Shown piece after piece: positions 62,152 to 64,000 of a stretch of DNA of 64,000 nucleotides. Origin of the DNA: Klebsiella pneumoniae (GTDB lineage: Bacteria; Pseudomonadota; Gammaproteobacteria; Eutrophobiales; Eutrophobiaceae); NCBI GenBank assembly GCA_945870865.1, contig CAMBTO010000001.1, positions 79,487 to 143,486 on the forward strand, in the 5' to 3' direction. A program made the translations under genes and the position numbers. The notes under the pieces are model-generated. The model was given only the letters and a program-made list of their open reading frames with translations, ran no database searches and had not been told where the DNA came from. Position 1 is the stretch's first letter, and the number at the start of each line of letters is the position of its first letter.

Positions 62152-63263
62152 ACAGATTGACGGTCATCCAGGCCCTGCCTGCCCTGAATACCGGTGGTGT
62201 CGAGCGCGGTACTGTGGAAGTCGCCGCCGAGTTGGTCAGGCGCGGGCATCGTTCAATCGTTGTGTCTGCCGGTGGGGAGTTACTGGATGAATTGCGATCC
62301 TGCGGCAGTGAGCACATCGCATTACCAATCGGAAAAAAATCGCTGACGACACTGAAATATATATCGCAACTGAGACAGATCTGCAGCGCAAATACAGCAT
62401 CTGTTCTCCATGCGCGATCCCGCTTGCCAGCATGGATCAGTTATCTGGCATGGAAAGGGATGGCCCCGTCTGTACGACCTCGTTTTGTCACCAGTGTGCA
62501 TGGCCCGTACAGTGTAAATTATTACAGCAAGATTATGACGTCCGGAGAACGCGTCATCGCGGTCTCAGCGTTTATACGATCCTATATTGAAGAAAACTAC
62601 CCTGATGTTGATCGGAAACGGATCACGGTTATTCCGCGCGGCGTCAGCAAATCAGACTATCCGTATGGTTACCGGCCGGATACGGCCTGGATGCAACAGT
62701 GGAGCAGTCAGCATCCCGAATTGCAAGGCAAGATATTGATTACACTGCCCGGCAGACTAACGCGCTGGAAAGGACAGGAAGATTTTTTGAGTATATTCTC
62801 TGGCCTGCCGGATAATATTCCGCTGCACGGACTGATTGTCGGCGGACCACATCCAAGGAAATTACGTTACCTGGATGAACTGAAAACCAGGGCCCGTGAG
62901 CTGGGCGTGGAACATCGCGTCACCTTTGCCGGTCACAGAACAGATTTGAAAAAAATCATGAGTATATCCACTATCGTCGTGTCATTGTCTGGCGAGCCCG
63001 AAGCCTTTGGCAGAACGGTCCTTGAGGCTTTGTGCCTCGGCATACCCGTGATCGCCTATGCGCACGGTGGTGCCGGTGAAATACTTGAGCGGGTCTTTCC
63101 GGATGGCATGGTGTCCTGTCATGACACCAGCGCGGTTAAAGATCGGATACTACAGTTTCTGCAACAACGGCCCGTGGTGCCCGATCAAAATCCATTCACC
63201 CTGCAATCCATGCTGGATAGCACGATGAATGTATATGAGGCACTGGCCAGGACATCCTCATGA
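62148..63263 (+). CDS. GT4 glycosyltransferase
   Basis: GGVERGT, HARSRLPAW, PEAFGRTVLEAL. Confidence 0.92.
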   Translation: MNRLTVIQALPALNTGGVERGTVEVAAELVRRGHRSIVVSAGGELLDELRSCGSEHIALPIGKKSLTTLKYISQLRQICSANTASVLHARSRLPAWISYLAWKGMAPSVRPRFVTSVHGPYSVNYYSKIMTSGERVIAVSAFIRSYIEENYPDVDRKRITVIPRGVSKSDYPYGYRPDTAWMQQWSSQHPELQGKILITLPGRLTRWKGQEDFLSIFSGLPDNIPLHGLIVGGPHPRKLRYLDELKTRARELGVEHRVTFAGHRTDLKKIMSISTIVVSLSGEPEAFGRTVLEALCLGIPVIAYAHGGAGEILERVFPDGMVSCHDTSAVKDRILQFLQQRPVVPDQNPFTLQSMLDSTMNVYEALARTSS

Positions 63264-64000
63264 GTACAGACGCCCTGCCGCTACAACAAAGACCGGCATT
63301 GGTTATGGCATGGTTAAAGTCTAATCTCGCACTGATTTTGTTGCTGCTGACATTGCTGCTTTTTACCAGCAAGTCTCTTTATAACCTTCCGGTTGCCATC
63401 ATGGCGCTGCTAGGCCTGTGGCGCAGCATAAGCAGAAGTCACGCTGTTTTTGCAGACCCGGCTATTCGAACTTACGCTGTTTTGTTCATGTCCTTATGGC
63501 TGCCCCTGCTTTTTTCCTTACCGGATGCTGTTAATGTCAGCCATTCAGCAAGAACTGTATTTCCCTATCTACGCTTTCTGTTTATGGGTATCTATGTGTT
63601 GAATGAACGTCATCGCATAAAAAATTTCCCACTATTGCAACTTTTTGCATTCTGGATCGCCGTATTCTGGTCGCTGGATGCTGTTGTCCAGTATCTCGCC
63701 GGATACAACCTGTTTGGTTACCCCTATGAACAGGGCCATATTACCGGCATGTTTTATCCGGACAATACCATTACCCATATCCTCGCCGCCCTGTCGCCCC
63801 TGTACTTTGATTCTGTACGGCGCTATGCCAGCAAATATCCTGTTGCCTGGTTACTGATCCTGCCCGTGTTTGCGGTGGTGCTGCTTGGTGGCAGACGGGC
63901 GGCCTGGATCATGCTGACAATAAGTGTGGGTGGATATCTTTTTTTCCTGCTGCGTTACACCGACACGTGGCAGACTACCCGAAACTATCTGCTGCTGACG
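63260..64000 (+). CDS. O-antigen ligase (WaaL/Wzy_C) family membrane protein, 3'-truncated by the window edge
   Basis: Not in the ORF track; ATG overlaps the GT4 stop; open hydrophobic frame MSTDALPL...DAVVQYLAGYNLFGY...ITGMFY...LLGGRRAAW. Confidence 0.75.
   Translation, partial: MSTDALPLQQRPALVMAWLKSNLALILLLLTLLLFTSKSLYNLPVAIMALLGLWRSISRSHAVFADPAIRTYAVLFMSLWLPLLFSLPDAVNVSHSARTVFPYLRFLFMGIYVLNERHRIKNFPLLQLFAFWIAVFWSLDAVVQYLAGYNLFGYPYEQGHITGMFYPDNTITHILAALSPLYFDSVRRYASKYPVAWLLILPVFAVVLLGGRRAAWIMLTISVGGYLFFLLRYTDTWQTTRNYLLLT

Overview
64 kb chromosomal segment of a non-enteric Gammaproteobacterium (inferred from aspS-yebC-ruvCAB-tol/pal-queEC, kdsDC-lptCAB-rpoN-hpf-ptsN-hprK-rapZ-ptsO, polA, hisAFIE-tatABC, ilvE). 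Two accessory blocks interrupt the housekeeping backbone. (1) 1-8840, 3' of a tRNA-Lys(UUU): a mosaic of a MobA-like flavoprotein hydroxylase, a PepSY-TM protein, a GT2 plus large GT-C-like glycosylation pair, a Sel1 protein and an APC permease. (2) About 24.6-40.5 kb: an RND pump pair next to a divergently arranged, apparently complete sphingolipid (ceramide) locus. It encodes a fatty acyl-AMP ligase, CerR-like reductase, dedicated ACP and serine palmitoyltransferase on the minus strand, and a bCerS-like GNAT, an LptF/LptG-like pair, a CpgB-like lipid kinase, a Tam41/CpgC-like nucleotidyltransferase and an AspH/LpxO-family Fe(II)/2OG hydroxylase on the plus strand. This locus, and especially its 2OG hydroxylase and incomplete head-group module, is the best candidate for an undescribed system. 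Other sequence-level observations: twin NrtR boxes before nrtR-nadA, a LOG-family pseudogene with two in-frame stops, a decayed UPF0104 gene beside spt, and several long intergenic inverted repeats (MITE/REP-like). All calls come from motif recognition and gene order; no database searches were run.
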